Part shown: positions 24,464 through 31,866 of the stretch, one piece after another
Layout of the letters: the number at the start of each line of letters is the position of its first letter
Position numbering within the stretch: the stretch's first letter is position 1
Source of the DNA: Actinomycetes bacterium
GTDB taxonomy: Bacteria > Actinomycetota > Acidimicrobiia > Acidimicrobiales > Bog-793
Reading direction: 5' to 3'
Length of the DNA stretch: 32,827 bases
Assembly: GCA_021821585.1 (NCBI GenBank)
Contig: JAKACF010000003.1
Coordinates: 1-32,827, forward strand
Notes under the pieces: generated by a model
The model's input: the letters and a program-made list of their open reading frames with translations, nothing else
Database searches by the model: none
Told to the model about the DNA's origin: nothing
Program-made: the position numbers and the translations under genes

Positions 24464-25606
24464 GTGCCAGGCGGCACCGTCACCCTCAAGAACCTGAGCA
24501 AGCGCTTCGGCGATCACCTCGCCGTCGACCGGATCTCCCTCGAGGTGCGAGCAGGTGAGTTCTTCTCCCTGCTCGGCCCGTCGGGATGCGGGAAGACCAC
24601 GACCCTCAGGATGATCGCCGGCTTCGAGGAGCCGACCGAGGGCGACATCGTCCTCGACGGCGACGAGGTCGGGCACCTCCCTCCGAACCGGCGGCCGGTG
24701 AACACCGTCTTCCAGAGCTACGCCCTCTTCCCCTTCCTCGACGTCGCCGAGAACGTCGCCTTCGGCCTCCGCTACCAGAGCGCGACCAAGGCGGAGGTGC
24801 GCCGGCGCGTCGGGGAGATGCTCGAGCTGGTGCAGCTGTCGGGTTACGAGAAGCGCCGGCCCGGCCAGCTGTCGGGGGGTCAGCAGCAACGCGTCGCCCT
24901 CGCCCGTGCCCTCGTGCTCAACCCCTCGGTGCTCCTCCTCGACGAGCCCCTCGGGGCGCTCGACGCGAAGCTCCGCCGGGCGCTGCAGATCGAGCTCAAG
25001 TCAATCCAGGAGCGCGTCGGGATCACCTTCCTCTACGTCACCCACGACCAGGAGGAGGCGCTCACCATGTCGGACCGGATCGCGGTCATGTCGAACGGGC
25101 ACATCGCCCAGCTCGGCTCGCCGCGGGAGGTCTACGAGGAGCCGGCGGACGCCTACGTGGCGGACTTCCTCGGCGTCTCGAACCTCATGGACGGGACGGT
25201 CACCGGGGCCGGCTCGGCCTCACGGCCCTGCGAGGTGGCCGTCGGGGAGTTCCGCCTCGAGGCGGCCTGCGGTGCCGTCGGGGCCACGGGGGCCGTGAAG
25301 CTCGCCATCCGGCCCGAGCGCATCTCGCTGCTCGGCTTCGACAAGCCCGGGCCGAACCGGCTCCCCGGCATGGTCGAGCGGACCGTCTTCCTCGGCAACG
25401 CCACCCAGGTGGTCGTCCGCCTGGCGGCCGGCATGGCGCTGCAGGCGCTCGTGCGCAACGACGACGGCGCCGCCGCCTTCGAGCCGGGCCTCCCGGTCCA
25501 GGTGGACCTTGCGCGAGAGGCCCTCAGAGTCCTCGAGGGCGGCGGGGTGTCGGTGGCGGCGATCCGGGAGGAGACGCTCGGCGACGTCGCCGGGCTGCTC
25601 GTCTGA
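24464..25606 (+). CDS. ABC transporter ATP-binding protein (PotA-like, with C-terminal TOBE-type domain)
   Basis: GTG 24464 is preceded by GGAAGGAGGTGA. Walker A GPSGCGKTT, Q-loop, signature LSGGQQQRVALARAL, Walker B LLLDEPLGALD and H-loop THDQEEA. Confidence 0.92.
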   Translation: MPGGTVTLKNLSKRFGDHLAVDRISLEVRAGEFFSLLGPSGCGKTTTLRMIAGFEEPTEGDIVLDGDEVGHLPPNRRPVNTVFQSYALFPFLDVAENVAFGLRYQSATKAEVRRRVGEMLELVQLSGYEKRRPGQLSGGQQQRVALARALVLNPSVLLLDEPLGALDAKLRRALQIELKSIQERVGITFLYVTHDQEEALTMSDRIAVMSNGHIAQLGSPREVYEEPADAYVADFLGVSNLMDGTVTGAGSASRPCEVAVGEFRLEAACGAVGATGAVKLAIRPERISLLGFDKPGPNRLPGMVERTVFLGNATQVVVRLAAGMALQALVRNDDGAAAFEPGLPVQVDLAREALRVLEGGGVSVAAIREETLGDVAGLLV

Positions 25607-25648
25607 GCGCCCGACCCACCGCCTCGCTGCCGGGCGGGCCGGCGAGCC

Positions 25649-26338
25649 TCAGCGGCGCCCCGCCCGCTTGCGGACGCGTCGGCCGGAGGGGACGAAGCCG
25701 AGCTGCTGGGCGGCCACGGCGATGGCGAGCTCGAAGGCGCGCTGGGCGTCGACGACGGGGTCCTCGAGCACGATCTGGATCGCCAGCCCGTCCAGGAGGG
25801 CCGTGAAGCCGACGGCGAAGTCGTCCACCGAGACCTCCTGGAATTCTCCGGCCTGCATGCCGTCGCGGACGATCTGGCGGATCGTCTCGCGGAAGCGCTC
25901 GTCGGACTCCTCCCGGACGCGGCGCACCTCCTCGTTCCGCAGCGCCTGGGCCCACAGGTCGAGCCAGAGCGCCCATGGCTCCTCCACCGACCCGGGCACC
26001 GCCGGCAGGCAGCTCATCGAGACGACCTCCTCGAGCCGCCCCGCCGCAGAGGGGATCTGGCCCGTCTGCCGGGCCATCTCGGCGTACCAGCCCTCCTCGG
26101 CCTGCCGCATCGCCTCGGCGAGCAGCCGGTCCTTGGTCTTGAAGTAGTAGATGACGAGGGCGGGGCTCACCCCGGCCCGCTCGGAGACGTCCGCGATCCG
26201 GGTCTCGGGAAAACCGCGTTCCATGATGACGTCGATCGCGGCCGAGAGGATCTGGGTCCGCCGGGCGTCGGGCAGGCCGTCGAGGCTGGTCTCCGATGTG
26301 GTGGTCACCCGCAACCGTCCTTCCTTCTCGGCGGACAC
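25649..26338 (-). CDS. TetR/AcrR-family transcriptional regulator
   Basis: ORF 25649..26338. N-terminal HTH RRTQILSAAIDVIMERGFPETRIADVSERAGVSPALVIYYFKTKDRLLAEAM. It is divergent from the flavoprotein operon, with operator copy 3 in the 96-bp intergenic region. Confidence 0.9.
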   Translation of the reverse strand: MSAEKEGRLRVTTTSETSLDGLPDARRTQILSAAIDVIMERGFPETRIADVSERAGVSPALVIYYFKTKDRLLAEAMRQAEEGWYAEMARQTGQIPSAAGRLEEVVSMSCLPAVPGSVEEPWALWLDLWAQALRNEEVRRVREESDERFRETIRQIVRDGMQAGEFQEVSVDDFAVGFTALLDGLAIQIVLEDPVVDAQRAFELAIAVAAQQLGFVPSGRRVRKRAGRR

Positions 26339-26386
26339 GGCCCTCTCCGTCGCGCACGGGCCTTGTCCGACTGTAACAGCGCTGGA

Positions 26387-26407
26387 TAGACTGAACAGTC
26401 AGTCAAT
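26387..26407. promoter_or_regulatory. Operator/promoter element copy 3: TAGACTGAACAGTCAGTCAAT
   Basis: Read directly in the TetR/flavoprotein divergent intergenic region. It ends 27 nt before ATG 26435. TTGTCC (26363-26368), an 18-nt spacer and TAGACT (26387-26392) have the same geometry as copy 1. Confidence 0.7.
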
Positions 26408-26434
26408 CACGGGAGCCGACGAACGGAGGACGGG

Positions 26435-28069
26435 ATGCCAGCGGACTACGACGCCGTCGTCGTCGGAGGAGGCCACAACGGGCTCGTCGCCGGGGCGTAC
26501 CTGGCGAGGGCCGGGATGCGGACCGTCGTGCTCGAGTCCCGCCACAAGACCGGCGGGGCGGCGACGACCGACTCGCCCTGGCCGGAGGCGCCCGAGTTCA
26601 AGGTGACGCGCCTGTCCTATGTCATGAGCCTCATGCCGAGGACCATCCTCGAGGACCTCTCCCTCGAGCGGCACGGCTACAAGGTCTACCCCATGGGCCC
26701 CTACTACCAGGCCTTCCCCGACGGCCGTTCGATCCAGATCTGGGCCGACGACTCACGGCGCAACTACGAGCAGATCGCCAAGTTCTCCCGGCGCGACGCC
26801 GAGGCGATGCCGCGCTGGGACGCCTGGCTCGGTGGCCTCGCCGACGTGCTCGGGCCGATGCTGCTCACGGTGCCGCCGAAGCTCGGCTCGAAGCGGCCGG
26901 GCGACCTCGCCGGCCTGCTGCGAATGGCCTGGCGCCACCGGGGCCTCGACGTCCGGAGGATCGGCGACGTCACGCGCCTCATGACGATGTCGATCGCCGA
27001 CCTGCTCGACGACTGGTTCGAGACCTGGCAGGTGAAGGCGCCGATCGCCGTCAACGGGGTCATCGGCACCTGGGCCGGCCCCTACGAGCCGGGCACCGCC
27101 TACGTCATGGCGCACCACTCGATCGGCGACGTCGGCGACGGCCACCTCGGCAGCTGGGGCTACCCCGAGGGCGGGATGGGCGCCGTCGCCGACGCCATCG
27201 CCCGCGCCGCGAGGACCTTCGGCGTCGAGATCCGCACCGACGCCCGGGTCGCCCGCACCCTCGTCCGCAACGGTGCCGCCACGGGAGTCGCGCTCGACAA
27301 CGGCGACGAGCTGCACGCCCCGGTCGTCGTGACGAGCCTCCATCCCCGGACCGCCTTCCTCGAGCACCTCGCCCGCGAGGAGCTGCCGGACGACTTCGTC
27401 AACGACATCGAGCACTGGAAGACGCGTAGCGGCGTCGTGAAGATCAACCTCGCCCTGTCCGAGCTGCCCGACTTCATCGCCGATCCCGGCACGAACCTGC
27501 AGTCCCACCACACGGGCTCGGTGGAGATGGCGCCCTCCATGGAGTACATGGAGCGGGCCTTCCTCGACGCGAGGGAGGGACGGGCCGCCGAGCGCCCCTT
27601 CAGCGACTCGGTCATCCCGAGCACCTTCGACAGGACGCTCTGCCCGGAGGGGACCCACGTCATGTCGCTGTTCAGTCAGTGGGTGCCGGCCGACTGGGCC
27701 GACGAGCCGCACGAGGTGGAGCTCGAGGCCTACGCCGACCGCCTCATCGCGCAGTACGACGAGCTCGCCCCGAACTTCAAGGCGTCCATCCTGCACCGCG
27801 ACATCGTCGGCCCGCACGAGATGCAGCGGGACTACGGCCTCGTCGGCGGGAACATCTTCCACGGCGAGCTCTCGGTCGAGCAGCTCTTCCACATGCGGCC
27901 GGCCCCGGGGTTCGCCGACTACCGCACGCCGGTGCGCGGGCTGTACTACGCGAGCTCGGCCACCCATGCCGGCGGCGGGGTCTGCGGCATCCCCGGCTAC
28001 CAGGCGGCAAAGGCGGCCCTGTCCGACCGGCGCTCGGCAGGGCGGCGCGCACGGCTCCGGGCCAAATGA
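26435..28069 (+). CDS. FAD-dependent oxidoreductase, phytoene-desaturase (CrtI)/PYROXD2-like family
   Basis: ATG 26435 is preceded by GGAGGA. Rossmann dinucleotide motif YDAVVVGGGHNGLVAGAYLARAG...VLESRHKTGGAA. The overall size (544 aa) and blocks such as SYVMSLMPRTILEDLSLERHGY and QIAKFSRRDAEAMPRW resemble my recollection of PYROXD2-type proteins. Confidence 0.8.
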   Translation: MPADYDAVVVGGGHNGLVAGAYLARAGMRTVVLESRHKTGGAATTDSPWPEAPEFKVTRLSYVMSLMPRTILEDLSLERHGYKVYPMGPYYQAFPDGRSIQIWADDSRRNYEQIAKFSRRDAEAMPRWDAWLGGLADVLGPMLLTVPPKLGSKRPGDLAGLLRMAWRHRGLDVRRIGDVTRLMTMSIADLLDDWFETWQVKAPIAVNGVIGTWAGPYEPGTAYVMAHHSIGDVGDGHLGSWGYPEGGMGAVADAIARAARTFGVEIRTDARVARTLVRNGAATGVALDNGDELHAPVVVTSLHPRTAFLEHLAREELPDDFVNDIEHWKTRSGVVKINLALSELPDFIADPGTNLQSHHTGSVEMAPSMEYMERAFLDAREGRAAERPFSDSVIPSTFDRTLCPEGTHVMSLFSQWVPADWADEPHEVELEAYADRLIAQYDELAPNFKASILHRDIVGPHEMQRDYGLVGGNIFHGELSVEQLFHMRPAPGFADYRTPVRGLYYASSATHAGGGVCGIPGYQAAKAALSDRRSAGRRARLRAK

Positions 28070-30168
28070 GCCTCGAGCGGATGCTCGAGGCCCGTTCGGT
28101 CGCCCTCGTCGGCGCCACCCCCCGACCCGGCTCGCTCGGGATGCGGGCCCTCACCGAGCTCGAGCGCAGTCCCGGCCGGCCGTCCATCCACCTCGTCAAC
28201 CCTGGCCGCGCCGGGACCGCGATCGCCGGTCGCTCCGTCGTCGCCTCTCTCGGGGAGGTGGCGGACGAGGTGGACCTCGTCCTGGCTGCGGTCGGGGACG
28301 CCAGCCTCGAAGCGGTGCTGACCGACGCCGCTCGATGCGGGGCGGCGGGCGCCGTCGTCTTCGGCAGCGCCGTCGACCCGGTCACGCCCGGGGACTCCAG
28401 GGCCTTCCGGGCCCGCCTCGCCGCCATCGCCCGGGACGCCGGCATGGCGCTGTGCGGTGGGGGCTGCATGGGCTTTGTCTCACAGGGCCTGCGGGCCATC
28501 GGCTACCTGGAGCGCGACCCCCTGGCGAGAGGACCGGTGGCGCTCGTCACCCACTCCGGCTCGGCGTTCTCGGCGCTGCTTCGCGCCGAGCGACCCTTCG
28601 CCTGGTCGCTGGCGGTCTCCTCCGGCCAGGAGCTCGTCACGACGACGGCGGACTACCTCGAGTACGCCCTCGGGCTGCCCGAGACCGGCCTCGTCGCCCT
28701 CGTCGCCGAGACGCTGCGGGACGTGCCGCGGCTTCGCGCCGCCCTCGAGGCGGCGGCCGAACGGGACATCCCGGTGGTCGCCCTGCCCGTCGGCACCTCG
28801 GAGAGCGGCCGGGCGATGGTGGCGGCGCACTCGGGCGCGCTCGCCGGTGGAGCCGCCGCCTTCGAGGCCCTCTTCCGCGCCCACGGGGTGGTGCAGGTCG
28901 CCGATCTCGCCGAGCTGTGCGACACCGTCGAGCTCCTCCTCGCCGCCCGCCGGCACCGTGGCTCGACCCGACCGGGAGGAGCGCTGGCGGCGGTGCTCGA
29001 CTCGGGAGCCGAGCGCGCGCTGCTCGTCGACGTGGCCGACGAGCTCGGTGTCCCCTTCGCCGCGGTGTCGCCGGCGACCACCGCACGGCTCGAGGAGCTC
29101 CTCGACCCCGGGCTGCCGGCCACCAACCCGCTCGACGTCTGGGGGTCCGGGCGCTCGACCGAGGAGCTGTTCACCGAGACCCTCCTCGCCCTGTCGAGGG
29201 ACGCCTCCGTCTCGGTCGTCGCCCTGGCGGTCGACCTCGTCCCCGAATTCGACGGCGACGACTCCTACCGGAGCGCCGCCCTGGCGGTGGCCGCCCGGTC
29301 CGAGGTCCCGGTCTGCGTCCTCTCCCACGTCCCGAGCGCGCTCGACCGGGAGGCGGCGGCGCGCCTGCGGGCTGCCGGCGTGGCCGTCCTCGAAGGGACG
29401 CGCCCGGGCCTCGCCGCCCTCGGGCACCTCCTCTCCCGGGCCGAGGGGTCGCCGGGGGAACGGGGCCGGACGCCCGGGCCGGACGCCGACCGCCGGGAGC
29501 GCTGGCGGGCCCGGCTCGCCGACGGCCCGCTCCGCCCCGACGAGGCGGTCGCGATGCTCGCCGACTACGGCATCGCCTCGCCGGCGACACGGGTCGTCGG
29601 CGACGAGAGGGCCGCCGTGGCGGCGGCCGCCGAGATCGGCTTCCCCGTCGCCCTGAAGACGGCCGCGGGGGACCTCGCCCACAAGTCCGAGGTCGGCGGC
29701 GTCGTGCTCGGCCTGCGCGACGCGGACGGAGTGGCCGCCGCCTACGGCGACCTCTGTCGGCGGCTCGGGCCGGCGGCGGTCGTGTGCGCGATGGCCCCCG
29801 AGGGCGTCGAGCTCTCCCTCGGCGTCCTCCGCGACCCCCTCGTCGGCCCGCTCGTCGTCGTCGGCGCCGGGGGGGTCCTCGTCGAGCTGATCGCCGACCG
29901 CGCCGTCGCCCTCCCGCCCGTCGGGCCCGAGGCAGCCGCCACGATGGTGTCGGGGCTCCGCCTCGCCCGCCTGCTCGAGGGCTTCCGGGGCGGGCCGCCT
30001 GCGGACCTCGGCGCCGTCGCGAGGGCGATCACCTCGATGTCGGCGCTCGCCACCGAGCTCGGGGCCGACCTCTCCGCCGTCGAGGTCAACCCGCTGTCGT
30101 GCGGCCCCTCCGGTGCCCTCGCCCTCGACGTCCTCGTCGAGGGGCGCTGTGCTCAGAAGATGACGTAG
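28066..30168 (+). CDS. ADP-forming (NDP-forming) acyl-CoA synthetase family protein (CoA-binding + succinyl-CoA-ligase-like + ATP-grasp domains)
   Basis: ATG 28066 overlaps the upstream stop (ATGA). In-frame part of track ORF 27679..30168 from MSLERMLEARSVALVGAT (CoA-binding start). Also VTHSGSAFSALL and a C-terminal ATP-grasp-like region, LADYGIASPATRVV...IGFPVALKTAAGDLAHKSEVGGVVLGL. Confidence 0.8.
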   Translation: MSLERMLEARSVALVGATPRPGSLGMRALTELERSPGRPSIHLVNPGRAGTAIAGRSVVASLGEVADEVDLVLAAVGDASLEAVLTDAARCGAAGAVVFGSAVDPVTPGDSRAFRARLAAIARDAGMALCGGGCMGFVSQGLRAIGYLERDPLARGPVALVTHSGSAFSALLRAERPFAWSLAVSSGQELVTTTADYLEYALGLPETGLVALVAETLRDVPRLRAALEAAAERDIPVVALPVGTSESGRAMVAAHSGALAGGAAAFEALFRAHGVVQVADLAELCDTVELLLAARRHRGSTRPGGALAAVLDSGAERALLVDVADELGVPFAAVSPATTARLEELLDPGLPATNPLDVWGSGRSTEELFTETLLALSRDASVSVVALAVDLVPEFDGDDSYRSAALAVAARSEVPVCVLSHVPSALDREAAARLRAAGVAVLEGTRPGLAALGHLLSRAEGSPGERGRTPGPDADRRERWRARLADGPLRPDEAVAMLADYGIASPATRVVGDERAAVAAAAEIGFPVALKTAAGDLAHKSEVGGVVLGLRDADGVAAAYGDLCRRLGPAAVVCAMAPEGVELSLGVLRDPLVGPLVVVGAGGVLVELIADRAVALPPVGPEAAATMVSGLRLARLLEGFRGGPPADLGAVARAITSMSALATELGADLSAVEVNPLSCGPSGALALDVLVEGRCAQKMT

Positions 30169-30509
30169 ACCTTCCGCAGCGTCTCGTGGATCTCCCACGT
30201 GCCGGTCCAGCCGACCGGGAAGACGACGTTGTCACCCGGGCCGATCTCGACGGGCTCCCCGTCGGTCGGCGTCACCGTCATCGACCCGGAGAGGACGTGG
30301 ATGAACTCGTTCTCCTCCTGCACCCAGTACGACGGCCCCGGCGTGCACTCCCAGATGCCCATCTCGGCCCCGTCGTGGGACCAGGCCGTGAGCCCGGAGG
30401 CGGCCATCGCCGGCCCCGTCGCCTCCTCGAGCGGCCCCCAGTCCTCGAGCGCCGCCGCGGCGGCCTCGTGCACGAGGGCGAGGGGCGGGGCGATGCGTGC
30501 GTCGGTCAT
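30153..30509 (-). CDS. Cupin-fold protein, DUF861/Cupin_3 (EutQ-like)
   Basis: ATG 30509 is preceded by GGAGAAAGGA. Product: MTDARIAPP...MGIWECTPGPSYWVQEENEFIHVLSGSMTVTPTDGEPVEIGPGDNVVFPVGWTGTWEIHETLRKVYVIF, the pattern I associate with DUF861. The 45-codon extension in the track ORF is Arg/Pro-rich with no RBS. Confidence 0.8.
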   Translation of the reverse strand: MTDARIAPPLALVHEAAAAALEDWGPLEEATGPAMAASGLTAWSHDGAEMGIWECTPGPSYWVQEENEFIHVLSGSMTVTPTDGEPVEIGPGDNVVFPVGWTGTWEIHETLRKVYVIF

Positions 30510-30659
30510 GACGGTGCGGTCCTTTCTCCGGTGAAGGCGTGCCACGAGCTCGGCGCGGGTCGTCCGACCGGAGCCGACGTGTGACGGGTTTCCGCCCACC
30601 GCCGGTGCCGGTCGCTTCGCCGCCCTGGCCGGGCCCGTGCGCACGGACGAACCTTGGCA

Positions 30660-30680
30660 TAAACTGAACAGTCAGTCAAT
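30660..30680. promoter_or_regulatory. Operator/promoter element copy 4: TAAACTGAACAGTCAGTCAAT
   Basis: Read directly. Positions 30659-30681 match 26386-26408 at 22 of 23 bases. It ends 16 nt before the acyl-CoA dehydrogenase ATG (30697), with the RBS GAGGAG in between. TAAACT fits a -10 (TAnnnT). Confidence 0.7.
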
Positions 30681-30696
30681 CGCTGAGGAGCGCCCC

Positions 30697-31863
30697 ATGT
30701 ACCAGCTGACGCCTGCGGACGAGTCGATCCGGGACCGCGCGCGGTCCTTCGTCGGCGACCTCATCCCCTACGAGGAGCAGGCGGAGGCCAACGAGGGCAG
30801 GCTGCCGGACGGCGTGGCCGAGAAGATGAAGGCCCGGGCGCGACAGGAGGGCCTGCTCGCCACCAACATGCCGGCGGACCTCGGGGGCGGCGGCTGCTCG
30901 ATGCTCCAGCAGGTCCTCGTGCAGGAACAGGTGGGGCGCGTGACCAACACCCTCGCGTGGATGCTGTCGACCCCCCCCGCCTGGTGGCCGGCGGTGGCGA
31001 CCGAGGAGCAGCGGCGCCGCTACCTCGTCCCGACGGTGGCCGGCGAGATGTCCGAGTGCTACGCCATCACCGAGGAGGCGGCCGGCTCCGACGTCGACGG
31101 CATCGAGGCGACGGCGAGGCGGGAGGGCGACGGGTACGTCCTCGACGGCGTGAAGTGGCACGTCACCTCCTTCAACGAGGCGGCCTACGCCTTCTTCCAG
31201 GCCCGCCTCGCCGACGGGCCCCACGCCGGCGAGCACGCCATGTTCGTGGTCGACCTCCCCTCCCCCGGCGTCCGGGTGGTGCGCACCCCGGCCTACTCCC
31301 ACACGACCACCCACCACCATCCGATCGTCGCCTTCGAGGGCGTGCGCGTGCCCGCCGGCAGCCTCGTCGGCCAGGAGGGCGCCGGCATGACCTTCGCCTA
31401 CGAGTGGTTCCGCTTCGAGCGCTTCATGGTGGCAGCCCGCTGCCTCGGGGCCGGCGAGCGCCTCGTCGAGGAGGCGACCCGCTTCGCGAACGAGCGCGTC
31501 GTCGGCGGGCGGCCGATCGCCGAGTACCAGCTGGTGCAGGCGATGCTGGCTGACAGCGCGACCGAGCTCTTCGCCGCCCGCTCGATGCTCTACGAGGCGG
31601 CCCGCGGGGTCGACGAGGGCCGTGACGTGAAGATCCAGCACGCCCAGGCGTCGATGGCCAAGCTCTACTGCTCGGAGATGGCCAACCGGGTGGCCGACCG
31701 GACGGTGCAGATCTTCGGGGGCCGGGGCTTCATGCGCGAGAACGTCGCCGAGCGCTTCTACCGGGAGCTCAGGGTGGAGCGGATCTGGGAGGGCACGAGC
31801 GAGCTCCAGCGGCTCATCGTCGCCGGCCAGCTCGCCAAGCGGGGCGTCCGCTCCCTCGTGTGA
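30697..31863 (+). CDS. Acyl-CoA dehydrogenase
   Basis: ATG 30697 (RBS GAGGAG). In-frame part of track ORF 30637..31863 from MYQLTPADESIRDRARSF. ACAD blocks: CYAITEEAAGSDVDGIEATA, DGYVLDGVKWHVTS, RPIAEYQLVQAMLAD and QIFGGRGFMRENVAERFYRELRVERIWEGTSELQ. Confidence 0.9.
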   Translation: MYQLTPADESIRDRARSFVGDLIPYEEQAEANEGRLPDGVAEKMKARARQEGLLATNMPADLGGGGCSMLQQVLVQEQVGRVTNTLAWMLSTPPAWWPAVATEEQRRRYLVPTVAGEMSECYAITEEAAGSDVDGIEATARREGDGYVLDGVKWHVTSFNEAAYAFFQARLADGPHAGEHAMFVVDLPSPGVRVVRTPAYSHTTTHHHPIVAFEGVRVPAGSLVGQEGAGMTFAYEWFRFERFMVAARCLGAGERLVEEATRFANERVVGGRPIAEYQLVQAMLADSATELFAARSMLYEAARGVDEGRDVKIQHAQASMAKLYCSEMANRVADRTVQIFGGRGFMRENVAERFYRELRVERIWEGTSELQRLIVAGQLAKRGVRSLV

Positions 31864-31866
31864 GGC

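Noticed and set aside
27670-27678. GTTCAGTCA, the right half of the operator, inside the flavoprotein coding sequence
   Set aside because: It is a single 9-nt half-site with no matching left half (preceded by catgtcgct). It encodes LFSQ within a conserved-looking region, so it is most likely coincidental.
27679-28065. N-terminal extensions offered by the track: 27679 for the CoA synthetase, 13422 and 14906 for the second WS/DGAT and the ligase, 4946 for the 62-aa ORF, 30637 for the ACAD and 30644 for the cupin
   Set aside because: The extensions run through the preceding gene or through the intergenic operator and are Arg/Pro-rich. In each case an internal ATG or GTG with a good RBS or a 4-nt stop/start overlap gives a product that begins where the family normally begins.
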